The notes under the pieces are model-generated. The model did not search any database and was not told where the DNA came from. It saw only the letters and a program-made list of their open reading frames with translations. A stretch of 64,000 nucleotides of DNA from an uncultured bacterium (GTDB taxonomy: Bacteria; Verrucomicrobiota; Verrucomicrobiia; Verrucomicrobiales; DEV007): NCBI GenBank assembly GCA_963977015.1, contig CAXBMO010000007.1, positions 160,001 through 224,000 of the forward strand. Reading direction: 5' to 3'. Made by a program: the position numbers and the translations under genes. Below, in pieces: positions 30,021-39,627 of this stretch (position 1 is the stretch's first letter; the number at the start of each line of letters is the position of its first letter).

Positions 30021-31703
30021 TTAATGGGCGCGCGCTTTCTCGCGAATCTCAATCACGCGCTTCATGACGTGGCTGAGTTTTCCTGACCAATCCGCGGTGC
30101 CAAACGCATCGTGAAGCGTGCGATACAGTTCGTAGATCTCTGCGTAGACGGCTTGGTTGGTTGGATCCGGCGTATAGACCCGGTCGCGGAATCCGCAGAC
30201 GCCGCTTTGGGCTTCCTCGATTGTGATTTGGCCGCTGGAGACGGCACCGAAAATGGCGGCTCCCAGGGCACAGGTTTGATCGCTTTTGGCGACTTTGAGC
30301 GGACGACCGATGATGTCGGCATAGATCTGCATGAGGGTGGCGTTCTTCGTGGACAAACCGCCGGTGTTGATGACCTCATCGACCTTGACGCCATATTCCT
30401 CCATCCGGTTGATGATGGTGAGGGCGCCGAAGGCTGTGGCCTCGATCAAGGCGCGATAAATTTCATGGGCTTGGGTGTGGAGAGTTTGGCCGAGGAGCAA
30501 TCCGCTGAGCCGCACATCCACGAGGATGGTGCGATTGCCGTTGTTCCAATCGAGGGCGAGAAGGCCGGTTTCGCCAGGCTTGAGCTTGGATAGCTCGGCT
30601 TCCATCTTTTGGAATTTTTCGTCCATGGAAACTCCGTATTTGTCGGGAACCAGATTGTTCACGAACCAGAGAAACATGTCGCCAACCGCGGATTGCCCGG
30701 CTTCGATTCCATAATACCCGGGAAGAACCGAGCCATCGACAATACCGCAAACGCCGGGAAGCTCGTCGAGCTTGCGCGAAGTCGGCGCGACGGTGACGTC
30801 GCAGGTGCTGGTCCCGAGAATTTTAACGAGGGTGCCTTCTTTTACGCCGGCACCGACGGCTCCCATGTGGGCGTCGAAGGCTCCGACACTGACGGCAGTT
30901 CCCTCAGGCAATCCAAGTTTGGCGGCCCATTCCGCAGTCAGGCCTCCAGCCTTGGTGTCGGCCGTTTGCGCCGATGAATAGAGCCGGTCGCGCAATGCCG
31001 CGAGGTCGGGATCGAGCTGGGCGAGAAATTCCGCGTCGGGAAGTCCTCCCCAGTCCTCACAATACATTGCCTTGTGACCGGCGGAGCAAATGCCACGCGC
31101 CATCGTTTCCGGCTTGGTGTTTCCGGTGAGAACGGCGGGCAGCCAATCGCAGTGCTCCACCCAACTGTAGGCGGCGGCGAACACGTCCGGAGCGACATTT
31201 TTGCAACGCCAGATTTTGCTCCACCACCATTCGGAGGAATAGATGCCTCCACATTTGGCGAGATATTGGGGCCGTTCGTTCGCGGCAAGTTCCGTGATTT
31301 TGGCGGCTTCGTCATGCCCGGTGTGATCTTTCCAAAGCCAAACCATCGCATCGAGATTGTCCCGAAATTCAGGTTTGAGGCCCAGAGGCGTTCCCTCTGC
31401 ATCGACCGGGATTGGCGTGCTGCCGGTCGTATCGATTCCGATTCCAATGATGCTGGCAGGATCAAAGCCGGGATCCGCTTGCCGGGCCTGTTCGATCGCG
31501 CCCTTGATGATGACCTCCAGTCCATCGAGGTAATCCTGTGGATTTTGGCGGGCCACATTCGGGTCCTTTGTCGTCAGGATACCGAGTTCTCCAGATGGAT
31601 ACGGGAAGACGACAGAGCCGAGTTCCGCGCCGGTTTCGAGGTTTACGAGCAACGAGCGGCACGAGTTGGTGCCGTAGTCCAGGCCAAGGGCATGTTTGTC
31701 CAT
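30021..31703 (-). CDS. araB: Ribulokinase (FGGY family)
   Basis: LGLDYGTNS, GIDTTGSTP, LWKDHT, GGIYSSEWWWSK, EHCDW, AGHKAM, FDAHMGAVG, GTSTCD, EAGQSAVGD, DWNNGNRT. Confidence 0.93.
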   Translation of the reverse strand: MDKHALGLDYGTNSCRSLLVNLETGAELGSVVFPYPSGELGILTTKDPNVARQNPQDYLDGLEVIIKGAIEQARQADPGFDPASIIGIGIDTTGSTPIPVDAEGTPLGLKPEFRDNLDAMVWLWKDHTGHDEAAKITELAANERPQYLAKCGGIYSSEWWWSKIWRCKNVAPDVFAAAYSWVEHCDWLPAVLTGNTKPETMARGICSAGHKAMYCEDWGGLPDAEFLAQLDPDLAALRDRLYSSAQTADTKAGGLTAEWAAKLGLPEGTAVSVGAFDAHMGAVGAGVKEGTLVKILGTSTCDVTVAPTSRKLDELPGVCGIVDGSVLPGYYGIEAGQSAVGDMFLWFVNNLVPDKYGVSMDEKFQKMEAELSKLKPGETGLLALDWNNGNRTILVDVRLSGLLLGQTLHTQAHEIYRALIEATAFGALTIINRMEEYGVKVDEVINTGGLSTKNATLMQIYADIIGRPLKVAKSDQTCALGAAIFGAVSSGQITIEEAQSGVCGFRDRVYTPDPTNQAVYAEIYELYRTLHDAFGTADWSGKLSHVMKRVIEIREKARAH

Positions 31704-31742
31704 GTCACGTCGTAACACGGGATCGATTTGAGGGCAAGCCGA

Positions 31743-32696
31743 CTAGCGGAAGACGTCGATGTAAATGTTGGCGCAATCCTTGGGTGAACGGGCGATCACC
31801 AGCCGGGAGGCGCGCGAATAAAAGCGATTTGCCTCGCTACCATTCAGGGGAATCGGTTTCGTCTCGGCCGCTTGCTGGGCTTGTTGCAGTTTTTCCGGGC
31901 CGCCACCTTCGTATTCCTTGGCCAGCCCCTCGTAGATGGCTCCCTGATAGAAGTGAAAACGCTCCTCCTTGACGGAATCGATCGTGGAATTGGGGTTCTG
32001 CGGATGGAACGTCCAGTGGTTTTCCTGCCGGTACACAAAAAAGAGTTCACCCTCCATGAAGTAGAAGGATTCGGAGAACCCGGAATGATCTCCGAGCGAG
32101 CCATCGACCGTGATCAACTCGAGCGAACCTGATTTGGGATGGCGATGGTAGACGGCTTTCGCTTCAATTGGAACACTTTCATCCGCGAACTCAATGGCAG
32201 AAATTCGGGCGTCGCGCAGGTTGATGTCGTTGAACCATTCGCGAATCTGCTTGGTTCGCGCGGTGGCGATTTCTTCACTGAGTTTCGCCTGAGCCTCCGA
32301 TTCCTCGACGGGTTCCAGCCGTATTCCGGCGAGAACCTGGCGGATCTGGGCCGCATTGATCTCTGCGCCGCTTTCATCCAAAGCATTTCCTTCCGCATCG
32401 AGGAACTGGATCTCAGCGTCGATCACAAGGTTGAAGGGATAACCATCGCCACTTCCCCTTGGCTTGGCAGAAAAAACATAGGGGGCTACCCGCTGACCGT
32501 CCAGGTTCTCAAACTGCTTGCCCAATCGCGTGGCCGTTCCTGCCGGAACGACATCGAACGTCATCTCAACGAACGATTGCAGCTTTCGATTCTGACTGAG
32601 CAAGGGAACCACATCGTCCCAGGAAACGCTGCCCCCCGCAGAGGTAATCTGTGGGAGCATCAATGCGGCAAAGATGAAGTTTCTGGCCCGGATCAT
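31743..32696 (-). CDS. Exported hypothetical protein
   Basis: 317-aa ORF with a signal peptide; no family recognised. Confidence 0.7.
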   Translation of the reverse strand: MIRARNFIFAALMLPQITSAGGSVSWDDVVPLLSQNRKLQSFVEMTFDVVPAGTATRLGKQFENLDGQRVAPYVFSAKPRGSGDGYPFNLVIDAEIQFLDAEGNALDESGAEINAAQIRQVLAGIRLEPVEESEAQAKLSEEIATARTKQIREWFNDINLRDARISAIEFADESVPIEAKAVYHRHPKSGSLELITVDGSLGDHSGFSESFYFMEGELFFVYRQENHWTFHPQNPNSTIDSVKEERFHFYQGAIYEGLAKEYEGGGPEKLQQAQQAAETKPIPLNGSEANRFYSRASRLVIARSPKDCANIYIDVFR

Positions 32697-32747
32697 GGTC
32701 GAACAAAGTGTGCTATTATAGACTTAGCAACCCCACTTTCCTTCACA

Positions 32748-33935
32748 ATGGCCTTTCACTTGCCCCCAGAACAAGCGGCGAGGCTCGACGGCCTATTCGA
32801 GCAACTCACCAACCGCCGAGAACATTATATCGGATATCCGTGCACTGCAGATCTCGACTTTCGCGAGCTCTATCGCTTTCTGGATTTCCCCATCAACAAC
32901 GTCGGCGATCCGTTTAAGGACGGGACCTATGGGCTCCACACCCACGAGTTTGAACGGGAAGTGATCGAGTGGTTTGCGTCAATTTTTCATGCGCCCGAGG
33001 ATAGCTACTGGGGCTACGTCACCAATGGAGGGACGGAGGGCAACATGTATGGCCTTTACCTGGCTCGTGAGCTTCACCCCGGCGGGATGTGTTACTACAG
33101 TCAGGATACCCACTACAGCGTGGCCAAGATTTTGCGGGTGCTGAAGATGCCGCACATCATGATCAAGTCGCTCCCGAGCGGCCAGATCGATCTCGCGGAT
33201 TTGCGGGCCACCCTCAATATTCACCGTGACGTCCCGCCAATCATCTTTGCGAATATTGGCACGACGATGCGCGAGGGTGTTGATGACATTCCCCAGATTC
33301 GGGAAATTCTCGCCGACCTCGCAATTCCCGAGAGCTACATTCACTGCGACTGCGCCCTTTCCGGAATGACCCTCCCCTTTATGGAGGGCGCACCTGAATT
33401 TGATTTTCGGCAGCGGGTCGACAGCCTCTCCATCAGCGGCCACAAGTTCATTGGTTCGCCTATTCCCTGTGGCGTTGTCCTCGCGAATCGAAGTCACGTC
33501 CGGCACATTGCCCGTTCCATCGAATATGTCGGCTCCCTGGACACGACCATCTCCGGTTCGCGAAACGCGATGACACCGCTATTTTTGTGGTATGCCATTC
33601 ATAAATGGGGCAAAGACGGGTTCCGGCGAAGAGTCGCAAGCTGTCTTGAGAACACCGAATTCGCGATGCAGCGTTTTGCGGAAATCGGCGTAAAAGCCTG
33701 GCGCAATCCCCATGCCATCACGGTCGTTTTTCCCCGGCCCCCTGAAGAGATCCGCACGAAATGGCAAATCGCCGTTCATGATGAGATTGGCCATTTGGTG
33801 GTGATGCCGCACATTTCAAAAGAGCAGATTCGCGCGTTTATCGACGATTACGCCGCCGCCTTGCACGATCCCCAACAAACTCGCCAACGGATTCCACGGA
33901 GTGACCTTTGCGCGACCTTGGAACTCACGCCATGA
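32748..33935 (+). CDS. PLP-dependent histidine decarboxylase-family enzyme (histidine or serine decarboxylase)
   Basis: IGYP, INNVGDP, WGYVTNGGTEGNMYGLYLARE, THYSV.K, ANIGTTM..GVDD, IHCDCALSG, SISGHKFIGSPIPCG (PLP Lys), TISGSRN. Confidence 0.92.
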   Translation: MAFHLPPEQAARLDGLFEQLTNRREHYIGYPCTADLDFRELYRFLDFPINNVGDPFKDGTYGLHTHEFEREVIEWFASIFHAPEDSYWGYVTNGGTEGNMYGLYLARELHPGGMCYYSQDTHYSVAKILRVLKMPHIMIKSLPSGQIDLADLRATLNIHRDVPPIIFANIGTTMREGVDDIPQIREILADLAIPESYIHCDCALSGMTLPFMEGAPEFDFRQRVDSLSISGHKFIGSPIPCGVVLANRSHVRHIARSIEYVGSLDTTISGSRNAMTPLFLWYAIHKWGKDGFRRRVASCLENTEFAMQRFAEIGVKAWRNPHAITVVFPRPPEEIRTKWQIAVHDEIGHLVVMPHISKEQIRAFIDDYAAALHDPQQTRQRIPRSDLCATLELTP

Positions 33936-34342
33936 AACAGATCACCGTCGTTGCGAAAGAATGTGAGGACATCGCCACCTTAATCGCCGAGGCGCTGGCG
34001 TCGAAAGGCATCAACATCGAGAGCATTACGCTGGAGACGATCGATGAATCGAGCGTCGTGGGCCTTGTGGTCGATCAATACGACGACGCGTTGCTCGCTT
34101 TGCGCGACGCCGGTTTCGACGCAGTCAGCGAAGACGCCCTGCTCATTCGCGTTCCTGATGAACCGGGAAGTTTGGCGAAAATCGCGCGACGATTTCACGA
34201 TGCGGGGATCCACGTGCGGAGTTTGCGAATCATTCGCCGCCGCCAGGGAAGAGCAATCGTCGCGGTTTCGGTGGATCGCACCAAGCAAGCTTTTGAGTTG
34301 GTGAAGGACTCGATCATCAGCGAAGATCGACTTCGCAAATAA
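33932..34342 (+). CDS. Tandem ACT-domain protein
   Basis: MKQITVV...IAEALASKGINIESI and VPDEPGSLAKIARRFHDAGIHVRSL; ATGA overlap with the decarboxylase. Confidence 0.88.
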   Translation: MKQITVVAKECEDIATLIAEALASKGINIESITLETIDESSVVGLVVDQYDDALLALRDAGFDAVSEDALLIRVPDEPGSLAKIARRFHDAGIHVRSLRIIRRRQGRAIVAVSVDRTKQAFELVKDSIISEDRLRK

Positions 34343-34420
34343 GGCCATTTCGACACTAGCCGAAGCAGGAGAAGTCCGGTTAATCAACCAGGCTTAAATA
34401 TAATGTTCGTGAAATAATCG

Positions 34421-34448
34421 TTGATACCAAATCTAGCTTGGTTATGAT
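34421..34448 (+). promoter_or_regulatory. Candidate sigma70 promoter for ftsK
   Basis: TTGATA-N16-TATGAT in AT-rich DNA about 50 nt before the start codon. Confidence 0.4.
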
Positions 34449-34501
34449 GGCAATGTAAGAACAGAATATTTAGAATTCCCCTCATTTTTCAGAAGCCAGG
34501 C

Positions 34502-37219
34502 ATGAGCGACCAAAAATCACTCCCCACACTCGTCGATCCCCCTCAAATTGACCCTGTCCATAACCGGCGTCACTGGCAAGAAGCCGCCGCCCTTACATGC
34601 GCAGGACTGGCTGTTCTTTACGCCATCGCCCTTGCTACCTACACCCCTACCGATTTGCCTGGTTGGATTCCTTTTGCACAGACTGGTGCGAGTCCGTCAG
34701 CTGACGCAGAAGTGCAAAACTGGGTAGGCCCTGCCGGAGCCATCATGGCCGGGAGTGCCTTTTACCTGGTTGGAGCAGCGAGCTACCTCATCCCGCTGGT
34801 CATTCTGTGGGTGGGCGTCGCCATTTGGATCGAGCGAAAGCTCACGGTGGGCCGCACGCTGGCAGCCACTGGCGCCTTGCTTCTCTCCGCAGCCTGTCTG
34901 ATTGAATTTCAGCCCTTTGTTTTTGAATCACTGGTGGGAGCTTACAACCTCCCGGAAAGCAAAGGTGGACTGGGTGGACTTTGGGTCGGGCGCTTTGCCA
35001 CCAAAGGCACCATTGGCCATGCCGGAGGCGCCTCACTCATGGCCGTCGTTTTCCTGATTAGCGCCGTGTTCGTCGGCGGTAGCCACCCATTTCGCGTCAA
35101 ATCGCGCCTTCGCCAGAAAATGAGCGATCGCAGCCGCAAGAAGACGGAAAAGCGAGTTTCGCGCTACCATTACAACGATCCAACAGCCACTGAGGTGAAC
35201 GTTTATCCCGAAGCTGAGGCTGTGGTTGATTCGGGCATGGTTCAGAACGCTCACAAAGCGCCTGCAGAGCCGGTCTTCGTCACTCCGATTCACGACGAAC
35301 CTCTGGTCAGCGCCAATGCGGCGCCCCCGGTTTCACCCACCGCATCCCAACCTGGCTATACGGATCAGATGGTGGCATCCGATGACTCCGAGACGATTGA
35401 CGCCCCTCATCCAGCCGAGGTTCCCATGGAACGCGAGGAGCCTATACCCGTTGCGACGCCTCAGAACACGCAGCCCCAGCCAAGTCCAACGCCGGTTCCC
35501 TATCAGCCCAAGGTAAACGACACCAACCGTAGCCGTTCCTCGACAGTGGATTTCTCGGCCATGGCGGCAAGTTTCAGCCCAAAGGCAGGAAAGGAGCAGT
35601 TTGCGAATTACACGCTGCCGGCGCTGAACCTCCTGAATGACGAAGAAGAGGACGAAACTCCGCTAACCGATCAAGCCGAATTGATCGAGACCCAGGAGAC
35701 GATCATCAATACCTTGAAAACCTTTGGGCTTGGAGTTCAGGCGGGTGATATCACCCGGGGACCAACGGTCACTCGCTACGAGATTTATCCGAGTGAGGGA
35801 ATGCGCGTCAAACAAATCGCCGCGCTGGAGGCTGACATTGCTCGAGCGACTCGCGCGGAATGCATCAACATTTTGGCGCCAATCCCGGGCAAAGACACCG
35901 TCGGAATCGAGATCGCAAACACCCGCAAGGTCCTCGTTCCCCTTCGCAAATTGTTGGAGCAGCCCGAGTTCGTCGAAACCAAGATGAACATCCCCATCGC
36001 CTTGGGCAAAGACGTTTACGGCAAGACGATCGTGGCAGATTTGGCGGCGATGCCCCACCTTCTCGTTGCGGGAGCGACCGGAAGCGGAAAAAGCGTCTGC
36101 ATTAACTCGATCATCGCAAGTCTGCTGTTTCGCTTCACGCCGGATCAGCTCCGCATCATCATGATCGACCCCAAGGTGGTTGAGATGCAGGTTTACCACA
36201 CCCTTCCCCACCTGGCGGTCCCTGTGGTGACCGACCCCAAGAAAGTGCTTCTTGCCCTGCAATGGTCGATCAACGAAATGGAGCGACGCTACGAACTGTT
36301 TGCGCGCTACGGTTGCCGCAAACTGGAGGAGTATAACAAGTTGGCGTCACGCCCATTTGTCCCCGGCAAGTCCAAGCAGGACAACCCCGATCAAATGCAG
36401 TTTGACGACATGCTCCTATCCGATCCCAACTGGGAAGATGAGGCCCCCAGTCCCCGATACAATTCGAGCCGCCGCCAACCCAAGCAGCATCCTCTCGAGA
36501 ACGGGGATCCGGACTTTCTGCCATTTGTGGTCGTGATCATTGACGAGTTGGCCGACCTCATGCAAACCGCGCCGGCGAACGTGGAGACGTCCATTAACCG
36601 CCTTTGCCAAAAGGCGCGGGCTGCTGGGATCCATTTGATTGTCGCCACCCAGTCCCCCCGTGTTGACGTCGTCACCGGATTGATCAAGGCGAACATTCCG
36701 GCGCGCATCGCGTTCCAGGTTTCGTCCGCCACGGATAGCCGAGTGATTCTCGACAAGTCCGGCGCTGACAAACTCGTCGGGAAAGGTGATATGCTCTATC
36801 AGCCACCTGATTCACCGGTTTCGGTTCGCGCCCAGGGTGCGTTTTTGACCGATAGTGAAGTTCAGGACGTCTGCGATCATTGCAGTCACCAGGCAGAGCC
36901 CGTTTTCGAGCCCGGAGTTCAGCGAGCCTTGCAGGGTGATTCTGAGCCCGGCCCCGAAGATGTCTCCCTGGCAGACGAAGAAACCGTCGCCCGCTGTATC
37001 GATGTGATTTTGACCGATGGCAAGGCCTCGACCTCGTTCCTCCAACGACGTCTTCGTCTTGGATACAATCGGGCTGCTCGCATGATGGACCTTTTGGAAG
37101 AGCGCGGAATTGTTGGACCGGGAGATGGCGCCAAGCCACGTGAGATCCTCATTTCAGCGACCAACGAGGAAGACGAGCCGCAGGAAGCTTCCCAAGAAAG
37201 CTCTGAATCCCAATTCTAG
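34502..37219 (+). CDS. ftsK: DNA translocase FtsK
   Basis: N-terminal TM domain, Pro-rich linker, APIPGKDTVGIE, PHLLVAGATGSGKS, IDELADLM, ARAAGIHLIVATQ, LVGKGDML, gamma domain STSFLQRRLRLGYNRAAR. Confidence 0.97.
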   Translation: MSDQKSLPTLVDPPQIDPVHNRRHWQEAAALTCAGLAVLYAIALATYTPTDLPGWIPFAQTGASPSADAEVQNWVGPAGAIMAGSAFYLVGAASYLIPLVILWVGVAIWIERKLTVGRTLAATGALLLSAACLIEFQPFVFESLVGAYNLPESKGGLGGLWVGRFATKGTIGHAGGASLMAVVFLISAVFVGGSHPFRVKSRLRQKMSDRSRKKTEKRVSRYHYNDPTATEVNVYPEAEAVVDSGMVQNAHKAPAEPVFVTPIHDEPLVSANAAPPVSPTASQPGYTDQMVASDDSETIDAPHPAEVPMEREEPIPVATPQNTQPQPSPTPVPYQPKVNDTNRSRSSTVDFSAMAASFSPKAGKEQFANYTLPALNLLNDEEEDETPLTDQAELIETQETIINTLKTFGLGVQAGDITRGPTVTRYEIYPSEGMRVKQIAALEADIARATRAECINILAPIPGKDTVGIEIANTRKVLVPLRKLLEQPEFVETKMNIPIALGKDVYGKTIVADLAAMPHLLVAGATGSGKSVCINSIIASLLFRFTPDQLRIIMIDPKVVEMQVYHTLPHLAVPVVTDPKKVLLALQWSINEMERRYELFARYGCRKLEEYNKLASRPFVPGKSKQDNPDQMQFDDMLLSDPNWEDEAPSPRYNSSRRQPKQHPLENGDPDFLPFVVVIIDELADLMQTAPANVETSINRLCQKARAAGIHLIVATQSPRVDVVTGLIKANIPARIAFQVSSATDSRVILDKSGADKLVGKGDMLYQPPDSPVSVRAQGAFLTDSEVQDVCDHCSHQAEPVFEPGVQRALQGDSEPGPEDVSLADEETVARCIDVILTDGKASTSFLQRRLRLGYNRAARMMDLLEERGIVGPGDGAKPREILISATNEEDEPQEASQESSESQF

Positions 37220-38070
37220 ATTCGGATTGTCTGAATGGACGGTGCAGGAACCGGAAATTTCGTCCTTGTGAGGATTTGGCTCCGCATCAGAAGAATGGTA
37301 ACCCCCATCAGCAAAATTCCAGTAACGCCAAGTGTCCGGACACTGATTTTGAAGTCGCGTTTGGAATTGCGGTTCTTGAAATCCCAACGATTCCAGAGCA
37401 TTTCAACGTGACCGGTTCTTTCGAGAACCCGGAGACCAGCGTTGAAGTTGGCCAACCACTCCCGGTTTGATTCCGCCACCGCTACCGTGAGCATGCCTGA
37501 AGGCAGAGAATCCGATAGCTGACGAATTTGAGGATGAAGTCTGGCTTTAGCGAGTTCGATTTCGGTCTCCAGTTGATCGGAAACCAAAAGGTCGCACTGA
37601 TTTTTTAAGAGCAATTCAAAAGCGGCTTTGGAACTCTCCACCGGCACAACTTTCCAGCCCCGGGATTTGGCGTAATTGTGCGCGGTTGAGCCTTTTTTCA
37701 CGGCGACCGCCATCGTTGCGTTAACGTCTCTCATTCCGCGAAGCTTGGAATCCTTCAACGCAAAACCTCGGAGCTGCTCAACACGGTATCCGCTCGAAAA
37801 CACGATCGGCATGCCCGATGAAACAGCATTCAGTTGAATTCCGGCTGCGGCATCCACTTCGCCGGCCACCAACTTCTCGATACATTCCAAGTTGGAGGAA
37901 ACCGGCACGAAGCGGACGTCTCCGTTCCCGATTCTCGATGCGGCAAGGATAATTTCCCGATCAAAACCAATGGTTTCAGATTCGATTGCGACTTTCCATG
38001 TCTCGGCCGCCGCTATGGAACCAAAACAGGCAATAAACACCGGAACGAAATGAGCTGTAGACCACGCCAT
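37216..38070 (-). CDS. Family-3 solute-binding domain protein with C-terminal TM helix
   Basis: Signal peptide, GFDREI, L..GEVDA, VAVKKGST, FNAGL..L..TG, then TLGVTGILLMGVTILLM. Confidence 0.75.
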   Translation of the reverse strand: MAWSTAHFVPVFIACFGSIAAAETWKVAIESETIGFDREIILAASRIGNGDVRFVPVSSNLECIEKLVAGEVDAAAGIQLNAVSSGMPIVFSSGYRVEQLRGFALKDSKLRGMRDVNATMAVAVKKGSTAHNYAKSRGWKVVPVESSKAAFELLLKNQCDLLVSDQLETEIELAKARLHPQIRQLSDSLPSGMLTVAVAESNREWLANFNAGLRVLERTGHVEMLWNRWDFKNRNSKRDFKISVRTLGVTGILLMGVTILLMRSQILTRTKFPVPAPSIQTIRI

Positions 38071-38270
38071 ATTATAGGATTTGTTGTACTTTTAATTTCT
38101 AGATTCAAATATTCAACAATTACCAACCGGATTTCATTGGTCATGGCCTCGGCAGACTGGGGCGAAAAGCCTCTATTCCCATTATTCTCGACTTTGCATC
38201 CAATGATTCTTAGGATTTCCCCGTCGAAGAAAAAAGCCCTTATCCAGCAATCAGTCCTTCACTTTAAAAA

Positions 38271-38705
38271 ATGCGCTCCACAGTACGACTAGCGGTTCTC
38301 CTGAGTCTTGTTTGCCTTACCAACAGCTGCATGACCGTGAATGAAGAAGGGGACCAAGGGAATGGAGGGAGTCTGGCGCCGAGCAACGGATCCACCGAAG
38401 GTAATGGAAGCAGTTCAGCAATCCGGGCCATTGAGTTGGTTCAGGTTTTGTGGCGCAAGGTCGATGACCATCCCGTTTCCTACGTTCCATCGGAATTGGA
38501 CCGAACTCACCCAACTGGCGCCAACGACGGGGAATGGATTATTGATCATCAAAGCGGAGCCAATTTCTTCGTCCCGTTTCAAGGCGTCGGCAAAGCCACC
38601 TACGACCATGTTTTGGCATCAATTCCGACCAACGGTCAACCTCCAGAGCTTGCTAAGAACCTGAACGTCGCAGGGGTTGACCTTCCTTCGGTTCCACCAA
38701 ACTAG
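38271..38705 (+). CDS. Hypothetical lipoprotein
   Basis: MRSTVRLAVLLSLVCLTNSC lipobox-like, followed by a Gly/Ser linker. Confidence 0.65.
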   Translation: MRSTVRLAVLLSLVCLTNSCMTVNEEGDQGNGGSLAPSNGSTEGNGSSSAIRAIELVQVLWRKVDDHPVSYVPSELDRTHPTGANDGEWIIDHQSGANFFVPFQGVGKATYDHVLASIPTNGQPPELAKNLNVAGVDLPSVPPN

Positions 38706-38740
38706 GGTATCGGTTTGCAAATAGGTTTCAAGAGGGTGCA

Positions 38741-38755
38741 TGAGAATGATTCTCA
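38741..38755. promoter_or_regulatory. Fur-family 7-1-7 operator-like palindrome upstream of phoU
   Basis: TGAGAAT-G-ATTCTCA perfect inverted repeat. Confidence 0.55.
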
Positions 38756-38809
38756 ATGTGACAATGGTGTAACGTTGCAACTGATTGGAACATCAGCTAG
38801 TTTGTTCGA

Positions 38810-39499
38810 ATGAGCAGTCACGAAGGCCACACCCTTACGTCTTTTGACGACGATCTTCAGAACCTTAGGAGTTCTGTTTTGATGATGGCGAGTCTCTCCC
38901 AGCGAAACTTGGAAAACGTGCGGAGAGGACTTTTGGAACGGAATTCTGATCTTTGTAACGAGGCGGTTGGCAAAGATGATGAGGTTGATGAACTGGAACG
39001 CCAAGTGGACCGGGAAGGGATGGAGTTGATCCTGCGTTACGCCCCGGTCGCCTCGGACCTTCGCCAAGTGCTACGTTCGATGAAAGTCGCTACAGACCTG
39101 GAACGCGTATCCGACCAGGCTGTTGGTATCGCCAAGCGGGCAAGAAAGCTCAACAAACAGACGGAAGTCGCGGCCACCAAAACGATGGAGCCGGTTTTCG
39201 ATCTGGCTTGCCAGCTTCTTCGGGACAGTGTTCGAGCCTTTAGCGACGGCAATATCGAGTTGGCGCGAACGGTGATCGCGGGCGATGGCGAATTGGACAA
39301 CCTCCACAAAGAGGTGCTGAAGCAACTCACCAGTTTGATGGAGGAAGATCTGGATAATCTACGAATCTATCTGCACCTCACGTTTGTGGTCCGGTTTCTC
39401 GAGCGAGTCGGAGACCATGCCGTCAACATCGCCGAAGAATTGGTCTTTATTGAAGGAGGATCAGACATTCGCCACCTGAAGGCATCTCAGGCTGCGTAG
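38810..39499 (+). CDS. phoU: Phosphate signalling protein PhoU
   Basis: DDEVDELE, PVASDLR, DLERVSD.A..IA, D.ELD.L, LERVGDHAVNIAEE, G.DIRH. Confidence 0.96.
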   Translation: MSSHEGHTLTSFDDDLQNLRSSVLMMASLSQRNLENVRRGLLERNSDLCNEAVGKDDEVDELERQVDREGMELILRYAPVASDLRQVLRSMKVATDLERVSDQAVGIAKRARKLNKQTEVAATKTMEPVFDLACQLLRDSVRAFSDGNIELARTVIAGDGELDNLHKEVLKQLTSLMEEDLDNLRIYLHLTFVVRFLERVGDHAVNIAEELVFIEGGSDIRHLKASQAA

Positions 39500-39627
39500 G
39501 GAATTGGCTTCGCACGGGATTGTTGCGACGCTTTTCCCCTCAGGAATAGCTGTCGGGTTGTTGTTCGATAGTCCAGCGCTGGCCCAACCAACAATCCCGG
39601 TCGAGAAAATTACCCGTCGCTCCCTGA

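Noticed and set aside
30021-31703. Arabinose operon
   Set aside because: Only araB is present; scattered sugar genes are ordinary in this lineage.
32139-32747. 200-aa N-terminal extension on the decarboxylase in the ORF track
   Set aside because: It overlaps the minus-strand gene 31743-32696; family similarity begins only after ATG 32748.
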